This document shows positions 37,557 to 47,585 of a DNA stretch of 64,000 nucleotides, one piece after another. The stretch is from Candidatus Bathyarchaeia archaeon (lineage in GTDB: Archaea > Thermoproteota > Bathyarchaeia > Bathyarchaeales > Bathycorpusculaceae): NCBI GenBank assembly GCA_049521795.1, contig JBEKOM010000009.1, forward strand, positions 1 to 64,000. Reading direction: 5' to 3'. Every line of letters begins with the position of its first letter. Position 1 is the first letter of the stretch. Made by a program: the position numbers and the translations under genes. A model generated the notes under the pieces. It was not told where the DNA came from, did no database searches, and saw only the letters and a list, made by a program, of their open reading frames with translations.

Positions 37557-37638
37557 TTAGGTGTGCATAAACGTGTTTCCTGCACATAGATTTTTCGACT
37601 CCACAGTTTCCAGGGACACCATAAACATCACGATTCGC

Positions 37639-38655
37639 TCACAGGAAAACTAATTGTCTAATCACGTCTGAAAGCTCTTCTTCCGTCAATCTTCTCGGAT
37701 AGTTGTAGATTGGACCGCTTGGCTTCTCGTTGTAAAATGGACGGTTGCAGTCAGGGCATCCGGATGTGAGGAATGGCTCGCCCGTTTCAACCACCTTCAC
37801 GAGGGTATCCTCATCGACTCCGAAATTGACCAACATACCATGGTCATCGAAACTCATGTCTTCATACCGGGCAGTTCCGTGCCAAATCAGGTGCCTTGCA
37901 ACTTGTATTCGCCTGTATTCTTCAATCGGAGGCCTCTTTCGGCTGGCAAGTGTTGTTCCAGGAATCGGGGTGAAGGCAAACAGCGCTGGAAGAACCGTCA
38001 TATCCATACATTCTTGCATCGTTTTGATCATCTGCCGCTGGGTTTCTCCAAGTCCAACGATCAGATGCGTGCTGACCTTTCCTTTTCCAAAAGTGCGCAA
38101 GGCTTCATGCAGCATTTGGAACTGGGCCTCCCAAGCGTATGGGCCTCCGGCAGAAGAGCCTTTGATTCTCGTGAAGACGCTCTTGACTGCCGCGTCTAGA
38201 GGTATGCCTATTCTTTCGGCTCCTGCATCAGCCAGCTGGGCTATGTTTTCCCGCTTGGATGGCTGGCACGACACTGAGATAGGCATGTGAGTTTGTTCGA
38301 AGATCGTCTTCACCAAAGCCGTTAGGTGCGTGAAGACTTCAGGATAGTTCAGGGCTTGGAGGCAGACACGTTTTATGTCTGCTTTTTCGTGAGCTCGTGC
38401 TATTCCGTTCAGCATGGGTTTTGTCGGATAGACTGGCCATGAAACCCTTGAGAGCATGTCCGTTCTGCCCCGGCTTTCCCTGGCTTGAGGACAAAAACCA
38501 CAATTTGCGCTGCATTTGCCCCGTCTGTGTGTCATAAGATAGATAGTCGTTGGGGCAGCGTCAAGTCTCGCGTTTAGCAGTCCGAGGATTGTTGCAGAAC
38601 CTACGGAGACACGAATCTGCCTTGGCAAGCGAGTCTTTTTGCTCACACGTCTCAC
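37639..38655 (-). CDS. lipS2: Radical SAM lipoyl synthase subunit LipS2
   Basis: CxxxCxxC 'CSANCGFC' plus 'TSGCPDCNRP', the TxGCPxC(N/D)RP motif of archaeal LipS2. Confidence 0.85.
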   Translation of the reverse strand: MRRVSKKTRLPRQIRVSVGSATILGLLNARLDAAPTTIYLMTHRRGKCSANCGFCPQARESRGRTDMLSRVSWPVYPTKPMLNGIARAHEKADIKRVCLQALNYPEVFTHLTALVKTIFEQTHMPISVSCQPSKRENIAQLADAGAERIGIPLDAAVKSVFTRIKGSSAGGPYAWEAQFQMLHEALRTFGKGKVSTHLIVGLGETQRQMIKTMQECMDMTVLPALFAFTPIPGTTLASRKRPPIEEYRRIQVARHLIWHGTARYEDMSFDDHGMLVNFGVDEDTLVKVVETGEPFLTSGCPDCNRPFYNEKPSGPIYNYPRRLTEEELSDVIRQLVFL

Positions 38656-38814
38656 AGCCTAGACATGAACGGTTTGAAAGTGAGGTCTTACAGACTTGCA
38701 GAAGTTTTGAGTCGGATTAAAGAGTTTCTAACCTTTCATTCGAAAACTGCGCGAAGGGCATGTTTAAATAAACTGTGAAGTCTTCAAGTACCTTTCAAAG
38801 CCCTTAAGGAGTTC

Positions 38815-39312
38815 ATGCTTGAAATGTCTGTGAAGATGACTTCTGAAGAGATTGAACAGTTTCTCGCTTGTGCGCGAGTTGGGAGGCTCGGCATGGTTGT
38901 GGATGATGAACCGTACGTAGTCCCAGTTGGCTTCGGATACTGCAACGGGGAGGTGTTTTTTCATACGTGCGAGAAAGGGTTGAAAATGAACACTCTGAGA
39001 AAGAACTCCAATGTTTGTTTTGAGGTCGACGAAGCTTTGTCCGACGTAACGATGTATAAGAGCGTCATCATTCTTGGCGCTGCTGAAATCATCAGTGAGG
39101 AGAAGAAAATGATACCTTACCTTCAGAAGCTTATTGATAAGTACCGCGTTCCATTGATCTTCGACGAGTACATGAGCAAACCGGGAAGGAACAGGGAAAA
39201 CGAGATGAAGGCCGTAAGAATCTGCGTGATAACTCCACGAAGGGTGACAGGCAGAAGATTTGTGCAAAACAAGGCTTCAGCTGACGCTACAGCTTCACAC
39301 TCAACTTTGTGA
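38815..39312 (+). CDS. Pyridoxamine-5'-phosphate oxidase-like FMN-binding split-barrel protein
   Basis: 'VGRLG...PYVVPV...FFHT...GLKM...NSNVCFEVD...YKSVII.G'. Confidence 0.88.
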   Translation: MLEMSVKMTSEEIEQFLACARVGRLGMVVDDEPYVVPVGFGYCNGEVFFHTCEKGLKMNTLRKNSNVCFEVDEALSDVTMYKSVIILGAAEIISEEKKMIPYLQKLIDKYRVPLIFDEYMSKPGRNRENEMKAVRICVITPRRVTGRRFVQNKASADATASHSTL

Positions 39313-39451
39313 AACTCGTCCTAAAGTCTCTGGGGAACCAATAGTAGATGTGCCAAAACACTGAAAAGATAACGTGTTTTCTGCTAAAGATTGAGGATTC
39401 ATAAACGATTTATCTTCAGCGAAACAAGACCCAGAGAAAGGGTGCCCAAGC

Positions 39452-39787
39452 ATGCACAGATCAAAGCTGGAATCATACGAGGCAATTCTGGAAGTCTTGA
39501 TAAAGAAACCTCTAACGGTCGACAGGATAGCATACGAAACCACCATAGACTGCACGGTCATCAATCGCCGCTTGAACTTCTTGACTGAAAACGGGCTAGT
39601 TGAGGAACGACCCTTGCCTAATAAAACGCTGTACGCCATCACAGAAAGAGGCGTGGCGGTTTTCAAGTCCCTGAATTTCAACAGGTACCTCGAGAAGATC
39701 TCAAGCACACTTTCTGCAATAGACGAAGCGTTGCAGACCATACCGGTGATTTCAAAGGACTATAGGGAAACAGAAGAAACACGGTAA
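39452..39787 (+). CDS. Winged helix-turn-helix regulator
   Basis: 'RSKLE...IL..L...T.DRIAY...LNFL.ENGLV...LYAITERG'. Confidence 0.85.
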   Translation: MHRSKLESYEAILEVLIKKPLTVDRIAYETTIDCTVINRRLNFLTENGLVEERPLPNKTLYAITERGVAVFKSLNFNRYLEKISSTLSAIDEALQTIPVISKDYRETEETR

Positions 39788-39833
39788 AACGAAAAGTATT
39801 AAGCGAATCATGGATCAATCCTAACCGAGAACA

Positions 39834-40841
39834 ATGACCAGACTCTCGGCTGAAAGTATCTGGCGCATGAACGAAACAGAGTTTTTGAACGTTCTGAAAA
39901 AAGACGCTTGCGGTGTTAGACGAAAGAGAATCCGCTTTTACGCGCCAAGCTTCATGTACTACAAGACAAGTCATTACGCTTCTTCTTCGAGCGATTTTCC
40001 AACTATCTCTATAACCGGTAAAGCGTGCGCTTTGATGTGTAAACACTGTGGTGGAACAGTGCTAAATACGATGTACCCTGCCACCTCGCCTGACGCGCTC
40101 TTTGAACTGTGTACCCGATTGAAGGAAAAGGGGGCAAAGGGATGCTTGATAAGTGGCGGCTGCCTGCCCAACGGGGCCGTGCCTCTCGGAGGGTTTGTGG
40201 ACTCCATCGCAAAGATCAAGCATCAGCTGGGCTTAACAGTGTTTGTGCACACAGGTGTCATCAACCTCAAAACAGCTGAGGAACTTAAGAAAGCCGGAGT
40301 CGATGCAGCTATGTTAGACATCATCGGTTCGAACGAAACCCTAAAGGAGATCTTTAATCTAGACGCGTCGGTCAACGACTACGAAAATTCTTTGAAGTCA
40401 CTGCATGAAGCTGGAATCGAGTTTGTACCGCACGTAATCGTGGGGCTTCACTATGGAAAACTTCAAGGCGAGCTGCATGCCTTGAAAATGGCTTCACAGC
40501 TCAACCCTTCAGCACTCGTCATAATCGCGTTCATGCCCATACGCGGAACAGAAATGGAGAAAGTCAAGCCTCCGGGACCGATTGACATAGCCAGAGTGAT
40601 TGCGGCTGCAAGGTTGATGTTTCCTAAAACTCCGTTGGTCCTGGGCTGTATGCGCTCCAAAGATAAACATAGGTCCGAAACAGAGATCCTCGCCATAGAA
40701 GCGGGCGTGGACGCTATCGCGTTTCCAACTGAAGAGGCAGTTGAATTCGCTGAGAGCCAAGGAATCGAAACATCTTTCTCTCCGTTCTGCTGCGGGAAGA
40801 TCTACTTGGACATGAGAACCTCCACTACTTTTCACGCATGA
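39834..40841 (+). CDS. lipS1: Radical SAM lipoyl synthase subunit LipS1
   Basis: 'ISITGKACALMCKHC', 'LGCMR' (GC(M/A)R motif) and C-terminal 'CC', characteristic of archaeal LipS1. Confidence 0.85.
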   Translation: MTRLSAESIWRMNETEFLNVLKKDACGVRRKRIRFYAPSFMYYKTSHYASSSSDFPTISITGKACALMCKHCGGTVLNTMYPATSPDALFELCTRLKEKGAKGCLISGGCLPNGAVPLGGFVDSIAKIKHQLGLTVFVHTGVINLKTAEELKKAGVDAAMLDIIGSNETLKEIFNLDASVNDYENSLKSLHEAGIEFVPHVIVGLHYGKLQGELHALKMASQLNPSALVIIAFMPIRGTEMEKVKPPGPIDIARVIAAARLMFPKTPLVLGCMRSKDKHRSETEILAIEAGVDAIAFPTEEAVEFAESQGIETSFSPFCCGKIYLDMRTSTTFHA

Positions 40842-42462
40842 CGACCGCTACCATGACCGCGAACTCTGACACGGCAGTAGCGAGAAAGACAGGCAAAAAT
40901 AAGGATGGAACAAGGAAGAAGGCTGCAAACGCGCTGACTATCGGTATTGCGGCCACGATGTAGCCGGGAATCAAGATCGTGATGTAGGTGGTGATTCTTG
41001 AGTAGATGTTGCCGACGGCGAAGCCTTCTTTCCAGAACTTCCTCAGCAGAATCGTCAGTTCCAGCATGATCGCGGCTGCGACAGAGAACGCGTGTATCAT
41101 TCCCAAAGTCAAGACAAACGAGAAGCTTTTCCCCAACAAGACTGCGACGATTGAGAGAACGATCATGGAAATCACGTAAGTGACCGTTGACAACAGCGTT
41201 TTCGCCGTTACCATTGTCCTTTTCTTCATAGGAAGATGCCTTGTGTAGGCCGATCCTAAGCCCTCAATGGCAAGAAGTGTTGGTGGAAGCAGAAGCGTGA
41301 TCATTGATATTCCGGTGAGAATCCCCAGTGCAGCGCTCGGCCCGACGTCGCTGAATGAGGAGAAACTTATTGCCACAACAACCGTCTGTACAACTGGCAA
41401 AAGAAAAAGGCTTGCGAATGAAGGCGATCTGGAGGCCACTCTCAAGTCCTTCCGAATGATTCCCAGCCATGGAATTTGAGGTCTGATGAGCGTGTCCTTC
41501 ACGATCTCTCTTGGACCTGCAGCAAATCCTCCGATCCCGATCTTTCTAACGGTCCACGTGACCCACCTTAGACAGTAGTACCCAGCAACCACGTAGGCGA
41601 CTGACGCGAAGATCGAAAGACCCAGAGTGACACTGTTAACTCCGTTGGGGAAGGTTGCATAGGACACTAGAAACCCGTAGGAAAATGGGTAAACCAGAAC
41701 TAAGATCTGCGAAATCGAGGAGAAACCCTGCGCAAGGTACGCAAACGATTGGACTATTTGTCCCGCGAAGTTCACGATGAAGTATGCTGCAAATGTTGGC
41801 AGAAGCCAAACGAGCATGAACCCAAATCTCAGAAAGGTCTGCAATTTCGACTTCCCCCCCGCTCGTGCGACTCTCTGGTAGAAAAACTGTGCAGAAACCG
41901 TGGTGAGAGCCAAAGCGAAGATCTCGGTGACTCCGATGCCTACGACAGAGACTACGCCGCCTAGGATCGAGCCGCCGATTATGAAGTACACGGACAGAAA
42001 GATGATTGCTGCTGCAACTAATGGTATGTCGAAGATTCTGATGAAACAGAGAAATATGGTTCTTGAGATGTCCTTCTTTGAAAGCGGAAGAGGACTGAGG
42101 ACATCCACGATTTTTGATGACACAAACGACGTTGACATCTGCAGTCCCATGAAAACTATCAGGAAAAGTACGACGGCGAGAAAAGCCGCGACGCCGCCTT
42201 GGACCGCTATTTCTCTCGGCAAGGCTTGACCGACGCCGCTGATCGTTAGAGGAAGGAACACGACTGCCGCGAAGATAGCGATGAAAACTGTCGTGACTAG
42301 TTTACTGATCAGAGTGTTTATCCTGGCGTTGGAGACGAGTTGTTTAATGTCTCTTCTGCCGCTTTGAGGCAGGGATGAGCCCTGGCGAAGAGAGAAGATG
42401 GATTGGAACGAGACTTCTTTGTACGCTTTGCTTGACAAGCGCCAAAGTTCAGAGAATTTCAC
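40825..42462 (-). CDS. ABC-2 type exporter permease
   Basis: About 12 TM segments, duplicated 'LSPLPL'/'HLPM' loops; follows an ABC ATPase. Confidence 0.85.
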   Translation of the reverse strand: MKFSELWRLSSKAYKEVSFQSIFSLRQGSSLPQSGRRDIKQLVSNARINTLISKLVTTVFIAIFAAVVFLPLTISGVGQALPREIAVQGGVAAFLAVVLFLIVFMGLQMSTSFVSSKIVDVLSPLPLSKKDISRTIFLCFIRIFDIPLVAAAIIFLSVYFIIGGSILGGVVSVVGIGVTEIFALALTTVSAQFFYQRVARAGGKSKLQTFLRFGFMLVWLLPTFAAYFIVNFAGQIVQSFAYLAQGFSSISQILVLVYPFSYGFLVSYATFPNGVNSVTLGLSIFASVAYVVAGYYCLRWVTWTVRKIGIGGFAAGPREIVKDTLIRPQIPWLGIIRKDLRVASRSPSFASLFLLPVVQTVVVAISFSSFSDVGPSAALGILTGISMITLLLPPTLLAIEGLGSAYTRHLPMKKRTMVTAKTLLSTVTYVISMIVLSIVAVLLGKSFSFVLTLGMIHAFSVAAAIMLELTILLRKFWKEGFAVGNIYSRITTYITILIPGYIVAAIPIVSAFAAFFLVPSLFLPVFLATAVSEFAVMVAVVMREK

Positions 42463-42468
42463 TGCATT

Positions 42469-43242
42469 TTACTCCTCTTCTAGGGCTTTTATTATGTCCT
42501 GCATTCCAGCTTCCTGCTCCGTCACTTTCAAGAAGATGTCTTCTAAGGAGCCTTCTGCGCTTCTGACAAGTTTGCGGAGGTCGGCAACCGTGCCTTCTCC
42601 GACGATTTTGCCCTTGTTTATTATTCCAACTCTTGTGCACAGTTTCTCGGCGACTTCCATGATGTGGGTCGAAAATATGACGGCTCCGCCTCTCTTGGCG
42701 TGAAAGGTCACAAGTTCTTTGAGAATCTTCGAAGAGCGCGCATCTAAGCCTATCAGAGGCTCATCCAAGATCAGGAGTTTCGGATCGTGCAGCAAGGCTG
42801 AGACAACAGCGACTTTCTGCTTGTTGCCCATAGACAAGGCCGCGATTGGAGTGTCAAAGTACTGCTTGAGTTCGAAAGCGGACGCGAACCTTTCAAGTTT
42901 GGAGTTTACAGCTTCCCGGTCCAAGCGTCTTATTGAAGATACAAACTCGAAAAACTCTCTCGGCGTGAGCGAATCAAGGAGCACAACCTCTTCCGGGACG
43001 TAGCCGATTTTACTCTTCGCCGCGACCTCATCCGAGATCGGCGTACCATAGATCTCAACTTTTCCCGCCCGTTTCTCCAATACCCCCACAAGAACCTTGA
43101 TCGTGCTAGTCTTGCCCGCGCCGTTAGGACCCAGCAGCCCATAGATTTCCCCGTTCTTCACGGTGAACGATAGGTTTTCCACCGCCACGAAAGAACCATA
43201 ACTGACAACAAGGTCTTGAACGTTGACCGCAACAGTCTCCAT
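42469..43242 (-). CDS. ABC transporter ATP-binding protein
   Basis: 'GPNGAGKT', 'LSMGNKQK', 'LILDEP', 'STH'. Confidence 0.95.
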   Translation of the reverse strand: METVAVNVQDLVVSYGSFVAVENLSFTVKNGEIYGLLGPNGAGKTSTIKVLVGVLEKRAGKVEIYGTPISDEVAAKSKIGYVPEEVVLLDSLTPREFFEFVSSIRRLDREAVNSKLERFASAFELKQYFDTPIAALSMGNKQKVAVVSALLHDPKLLILDEPLIGLDARSSKILKELVTFHAKRGGAVIFSTHIMEVAEKLCTRVGIINKGKIVGEGTVADLRKLVRSAEGSLEDIFLKVTEQEAGMQDIIKALEEE

Positions 43243-43330
43243 GTTTAGCCCTTCAACGCGTGAATCATAGTTTTTCTTGACTGGTTGCCTTAATACGTTT
43301 CCCTAAGCAACAGCAACTGGCACAACCTGA

Positions 43331-43369
43331 CCGTGGATTTCGAACAGGTTCGAAGTTCATTACCCACGG
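43331..43369. promoter_or_regulatory. Intergenic inverted repeat (operator or hairpin candidate)
   Basis: CCGTGG...TTCGAAC-AG-GTTCGAA...CCACGG between the DUF763 stop and the ABC ATPase start. Confidence 0.35.
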
Positions 43370-43438
43370 GTTCTGTCACAGCGTATCTTGGCTGCCTTGG
43401 ATATAAGAGGAAAAGACGCCTTCAGTCCGAGCGTCGGA

Positions 43439-44608
43439 TCAGGAGGAAACAAATCGTCTAAGTCTCTGTAAACACCGTAATCTCTCTGTGCTGCCAATCC
43501 TTGCCTCTTGAACTGACTGTCTTAGCATTTGGATAGACTCATCCATTGCCCCGCGGTTAACAGGGTAGCGCACGCCGTCCTTTCCTCCGTAAGCGAAGGA
43601 ATACTTCACAGGGTCTTTCCAGCTTGGCTTTTCGCCATAGAGCAGTTCTGCGATCAACGCGAGTCCTCTTACTGTAGCCGGGCCGACGCCCTTGAAGCCA
43701 AGCAGCTCCTCGTAGTTGCTGGGCTGGAACTCGTAGACTTGCTTCATCGTCCTCCAGTTTGTGTTCCATGGCATGGACAGAACGTCCGGCAGTTCTTTGT
43801 TATGTCCGGCTTCTGCGTTTGCTGGCAACCATTCACTCAACGATTTTTGAAGATGAGGCCTCACGGACACGACCAGTCGCATGAGCTTCTCGGTGGGTTC
43901 CTTGGCCACGTCTACAGAAGCTTTCCTGCTTCCTTCACTTTCTCGAGCAGTCATGTCTAATGCGCACTGGCGTTTCCTGTCCCCGACGATCGCGCTGTGA
44001 GGTTCGACGACGAACTCTTCCAGTTTCTCGGAGAGCCAGTGATAGCGTCTTGCGGTTCGATCTTGTGTGCACATGCCCTGTTGGACAACTGCCCATTTTC
44101 GGTTCTCCGCAACGAAGAAAGCGTGATGATAAAGCTGATAGCCTGCTTGGATTGCGGTGTTGTCAACCTTTGCGCTCATCCTGCTTGCATAACGCAGACT
44201 CTCGATGCTTTCAGTTGGAAAGCCAAACTTCTCTCCGACAGTTTGGATCTCATCGGGCGCCAGACGGGAGAACTTGCCCTTGCCACCGCAGACCGCGATG
44301 CCGTGCTCCTCAGGAACGATTGCCTGTTTGAGGATCGCTGTGACAACGGTGGTCACTCCTGACGAGTGCCAGTCATATCCTAAAACGCAGCCTAGGGCCT
44401 GAAACCAGAAAGGGTCAGAGATTCGCTTCAAGAACTCGTCTGAACCATACTCGTCGACGATGATGGTGACCATTTCTCTGGCCAGTCTTCGCATTCGAAC
44501 GATGAGGTACATCGGTGCTTTTCCGTAATGAAGTGGAAGCTTGGCAATCCCTGTCCTCTGCACCGGAACACCGTCATAATACAAGTGCTCAACAAATGGT
44601 TTAATCAT
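43439..44608 (-). CDS. DUF763 family protein
   Basis: 'LPLHYGKAP', 'DPFWFQA', 'DWHSSG', 'AKVDN', 'ARRYHW', 'SFAYGGKDG'; real start may be the GTG of 'VQRTG'. Confidence 0.9.
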   Translation of the reverse strand: MIKPFVEHLYYDGVPVQRTGIAKLPLHYGKAPMYLIVRMRRLAREMVTIIVDEYGSDEFLKRISDPFWFQALGCVLGYDWHSSGVTTVVTAILKQAIVPEEHGIAVCGGKGKFSRLAPDEIQTVGEKFGFPTESIESLRYASRMSAKVDNTAIQAGYQLYHHAFFVAENRKWAVVQQGMCTQDRTARRYHWLSEKLEEFVVEPHSAIVGDRKRQCALDMTARESEGSRKASVDVAKEPTEKLMRLVVSVRPHLQKSLSEWLPANAEAGHNKELPDVLSMPWNTNWRTMKQVYEFQPSNYEELLGFKGVGPATVRGLALIAELLYGEKPSWKDPVKYSFAYGGKDGVRYPVNRGAMDESIQMLRQSVQEARIGSTERLRCLQRLRRFVSS

Positions 44609-45102
44609 TTTCCTTTCTTCGTGAAAACGTGACCTTCTCGGTCGATCTCGCCCGTGCGAACCCGTGTCGTCGAGATTGCCGCGTGATTTTGGGCGGGAAC
44701 CATGTTAATCACGATTATTTCAAGGGGGTCTATTCCGATTTCTCTTCTCTTTTGGTTGATTTTGAGAGCGACGGGCTCCGTCTCCTTGCTGACGACCAAT
44801 GCTTCGATCGGGTCTTTGGAGAGTAGCACACCGCCGTAAGCATCGTTTATCGGAATAATTTCCGCTCTCTGAAGTAGTCCCTGATTTCTCAGGAAATCTC
44901 TCAGCTCTCTCGTGCGCTCCTCATAAGATGCTGTCTGGTGAGGCTTGTCCATTTTTCTCACAAATTCGTCTGAAGAGACGCCGATCATCACGTGTTCGCC
45001 TATTTCAAAAGCTTTCATGAGCAATGCTCTGTGTCCCTTGTGAAGCTCGTCGAAAGTGCCGCCAAGACCCACAGTTCTGAACCTTTTCAGCATCGATTTC
45101 AC
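44605..45102 (-). CDS. coaD: Phosphopantetheine adenylyltransferase (archaeal/eukaryotic type)
   Basis: 'GGTFDELHKGH', 'LVVSKET', 'ISTTRVRTGEID'. Confidence 0.93.
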   Translation of the reverse strand: MKSMLKRFRTVGLGGTFDELHKGHRALLMKAFEIGEHVMIGVSSDEFVRKMDKPHQTASYEERTRELRDFLRNQGLLQRAEIIPINDAYGGVLLSKDPIEALVVSKETEPVALKINQKRREIGIDPLEIIVINMVPAQNHAAISTTRVRTGEIDREGHVFTKKGK

Positions 45103-45130
45103 GTTTAAAGCGTCTGGACCGTTTATAAGA

Positions 45131-46399
45131 CTATTTTGGTTTCATCCTGTCAATCGTGACATCGAGTATCTTCCTTGCAACTTCTCGCTTCTTGGCCAGC
45201 GGCACGTGCACTATGCTCTTCTTCTTGTCAATTATGAAAACCTCGTTCGTGTCGGCTGCGAAGCCAACTCCCTTCTTTCCCACATCGTTTACGACGATGA
45301 TGTCTGTATTGGCTTCAAGTAGCCTCTTGTACGCGCTCTCAATCAGCCTCTTCTTGGGAAGCCTGTATTCAGCGCGGAACGCAACGAGAAAAGTCCGGGG
45401 ACTTACCTTTTTCACGCTGTCTATGATCTTCGCAGTGGGCTTCAGCTTCAAATCAAGCGAACGCAACTCGTGCGACGAAACCTTGTACGAAAACGGTTTC
45501 TCAAGCGCCCAATCGGCAGCTGCAGCAACCGCTATAACCAGATCATACTTCCTAGAATTCAGTTCAGAAACGACCGTCTCATGCATCTGCCGTGTGGACT
45601 CGACTCTGAGCACACGAGCTCTTGAAGGAGGAGCTTCTGTTCCTGAACCGTAGACGAGTGTCACCTCTGCTCCTCGGCTCAAGGCTTCCTCTGCTATTGC
45701 AACACCCATCTTTCCAGAGCTCTTGTTCGTGACGATGCGAACCGGGTCTATGTGCTCCAGGGTTGCGCCGGCCGTGATCAACACGTTAAGACCCGAATAA
45801 TCCTGTCTTGCCGTGAGTCTGCGGATGACCGCGTCAACGATTTCTTCGGTTTTAGCGATCTTTGCCTTCCCCTCCTCGAATCTTGGACCTGCGAATTCTA
45901 CTCCTAGAGCCTTGAGTTCGTTGATGTTGTTAGTCAATATCGGATGGTTGTACATGGATTCATGCATTGCTGGAACAATGATTATTGGACAGTTTGAGCC
46001 GAAGGCCGTTGAGACGACGGATGTGACCGTGGTGTCATCAATCCCGCAGGCGATCTTGCTTATTGTATTTGCTGTAGCGGGTGCCACCAGAACAAGGTCG
46101 ACCTTCAGGGAGTGTTCCCCGACCAAGGCTACGTGTTCAATTTTGCCAGTGAGCTCTGTTATCACCTCATTCCCCGTCGCCCATTCCATCAAGTAAGGGT
46201 GAACGATTTTCCTTGCCATCGGCGACATCACAGCGAACACTTCGGCGCCGTGTCGCATCATGGCACGTGCAATCTCTGGACTCTGAACAGCCGCGACGCT
46301 GCCGGTTACGCATAGAACTATACGCTTTGACCTCAGCTCACTGCCTTGAGTCCCAATAATGTGCTTTGACGGATGCGTTGACAAGACTGATCCCTCCAA
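45131..46399 (-). CDS. coaBC: Phosphopantothenoylcysteine decarboxylase/synthetase
   Basis: 'TGSVAA', 'APATANT', 'PAMHESM', 'IDPVRIVTNKSSGKMG', 'AAAAD'. Confidence 0.96.
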   Translation of the reverse strand: MEGSVLSTHPSKHIIGTQGSELRSKRIVLCVTGSVAAVQSPEIARAMMRHGAEVFAVMSPMARKIVHPYLMEWATGNEVITELTGKIEHVALVGEHSLKVDLVLVAPATANTISKIACGIDDTTVTSVVSTAFGSNCPIIIVPAMHESMYNHPILTNNINELKALGVEFAGPRFEEGKAKIAKTEEIVDAVIRRLTARQDYSGLNVLITAGATLEHIDPVRIVTNKSSGKMGVAIAEEALSRGAEVTLVYGSGTEAPPSRARVLRVESTRQMHETVVSELNSRKYDLVIAVAAAADWALEKPFSYKVSSHELRSLDLKLKPTAKIIDSVKKVSPRTFLVAFRAEYRLPKKRLIESAYKRLLEANTDIIVVNDVGKKGVGFAADTNEVFIIDKKKSIVHVPLAKKREVARKILDVTIDRMKPK

Positions 46400-46400
46400 C

Positions 46401-47564
46401 CTACCCTCTTAATTGTTTGACTATCTTGTTTAAATCTTGCAGCAAATCCTCAACGTGCCGCTCCTGAACGTGAGGCATTATGACGATTCGAATGTGGCGC
46501 GGAAAGAGAGAGATAGCCCATTTTCTAAGCCTCAATTCCTCAGCTATCCTGCGGACATCGAACACGTCTGATGTCAACCCAACAACGTTCATCGTCGGCT
46601 CCATTGCCACGCTCAGCCCTTCAATCTTCGGAATGTCTTCCGCAAGCCTCAGCGTTAGCCGCATGCACTTTCCAACGATTTTCTGGTAACCTTCTCTTCC
46701 AAGGTGCTTCATCACGGTCCAGACAGCGATGGCTGAGGCGCCTGAACGTGTTCCGGCAAGTGTCGCTTGTGCGGTTTCTCCGCCCGACAGGTAAGGGATG
46801 TCCCATGACACTTTCTTTCTAAGGTTTTCATCGCGGAACAATAACCCGCCAGCCGGGATTGCGGCTAGACCCATCTTGTGCGGGTCAATTGTTATGGAAA
46901 GGACTCCGGGGACGGCGAAGTCAAAATTCTGCACCTTGTATCCTAGGTCTCTCAAAAACGGAAGCACGAACCCTCCGAATGCGGCGTCCACGTGCAAGTA
47001 CAGGCTCTTTTCCAAGGCGAGCTCGGAGAGCTCGTCTATCGGGTCGACTGCGCCTAGCCCCGTAGAGCCGGCTATGCCCACGATCGCTATAGTTTTCTGA
47101 TTTACTGCTTTCTTGACGGCTCCCATATCGACTTGGAACTTGTTGTTCAACCTCGCTTTGATGAGTTTCAAGCCTAGCAGGTCTGCGGCTTTGTCTAAGG
47201 AGCAGTGGGCTGATACAGGCACTATGACTTCACAGTCGGTTTTCTTGGCAAGCTTCTTGGCTGTCCACAGTGCGAGAACGTTTGCTTCCGTTCCCCCCGT
47301 AACTATGTGCCCTGATGCTTCTGGATTCGATAGAAGAGTGCCGAGCATGCCAATTGTTTCTCTTTCTATTTCTGCCACTGCAGGGAAAAGTCCAGAGTCC
47401 CCCAAGTTCTTCTCAAGAAAACGAGCGTACACTCTCCTGGCTAGTGGATGCGGACATGTGCACATTGAACCGATGATTCTTCCAGAATTGTACGTGAAAT
47501 CTTCTTGCAACCTTGAATCGAGGTCTTCCATGAGTGTTTTTTGAGGCAAGCCTTTGGCATTCAT
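46401..47564 (-). CDS. mfnA: PLP-dependent aspartate/tyrosine decarboxylase (MfnA family)
   Basis: 'IGSMCT', 'NLGD.GLF', 'GGTEAN', 'HVDAAFGG', 'IDPHKMG', 'GTRSG'. Confidence 0.92.
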   Translation of the reverse strand: MNAKGLPQKTLMEDLDSRLQEDFTYNSGRIIGSMCTCPHPLARRVYARFLEKNLGDSGLFPAVAEIERETIGMLGTLLSNPEASGHIVTGGTEANVLALWTAKKLAKKTDCEVIVPVSAHCSLDKAADLLGLKLIKARLNNKFQVDMGAVKKAVNQKTIAIVGIAGSTGLGAVDPIDELSELALEKSLYLHVDAAFGGFVLPFLRDLGYKVQNFDFAVPGVLSITIDPHKMGLAAIPAGGLLFRDENLRKKVSWDIPYLSGGETAQATLAGTRSGASAIAVWTVMKHLGREGYQKIVGKCMRLTLRLAEDIPKIEGLSVAMEPTMNVVGLTSDVFDVRRIAEELRLRKWAISLFPRHIRIVIMPHVQERHVEDLLQDLNKIVKQLRG

Positions 47565-47585
47565 TCTTCGCGACCGCCATGTGCC

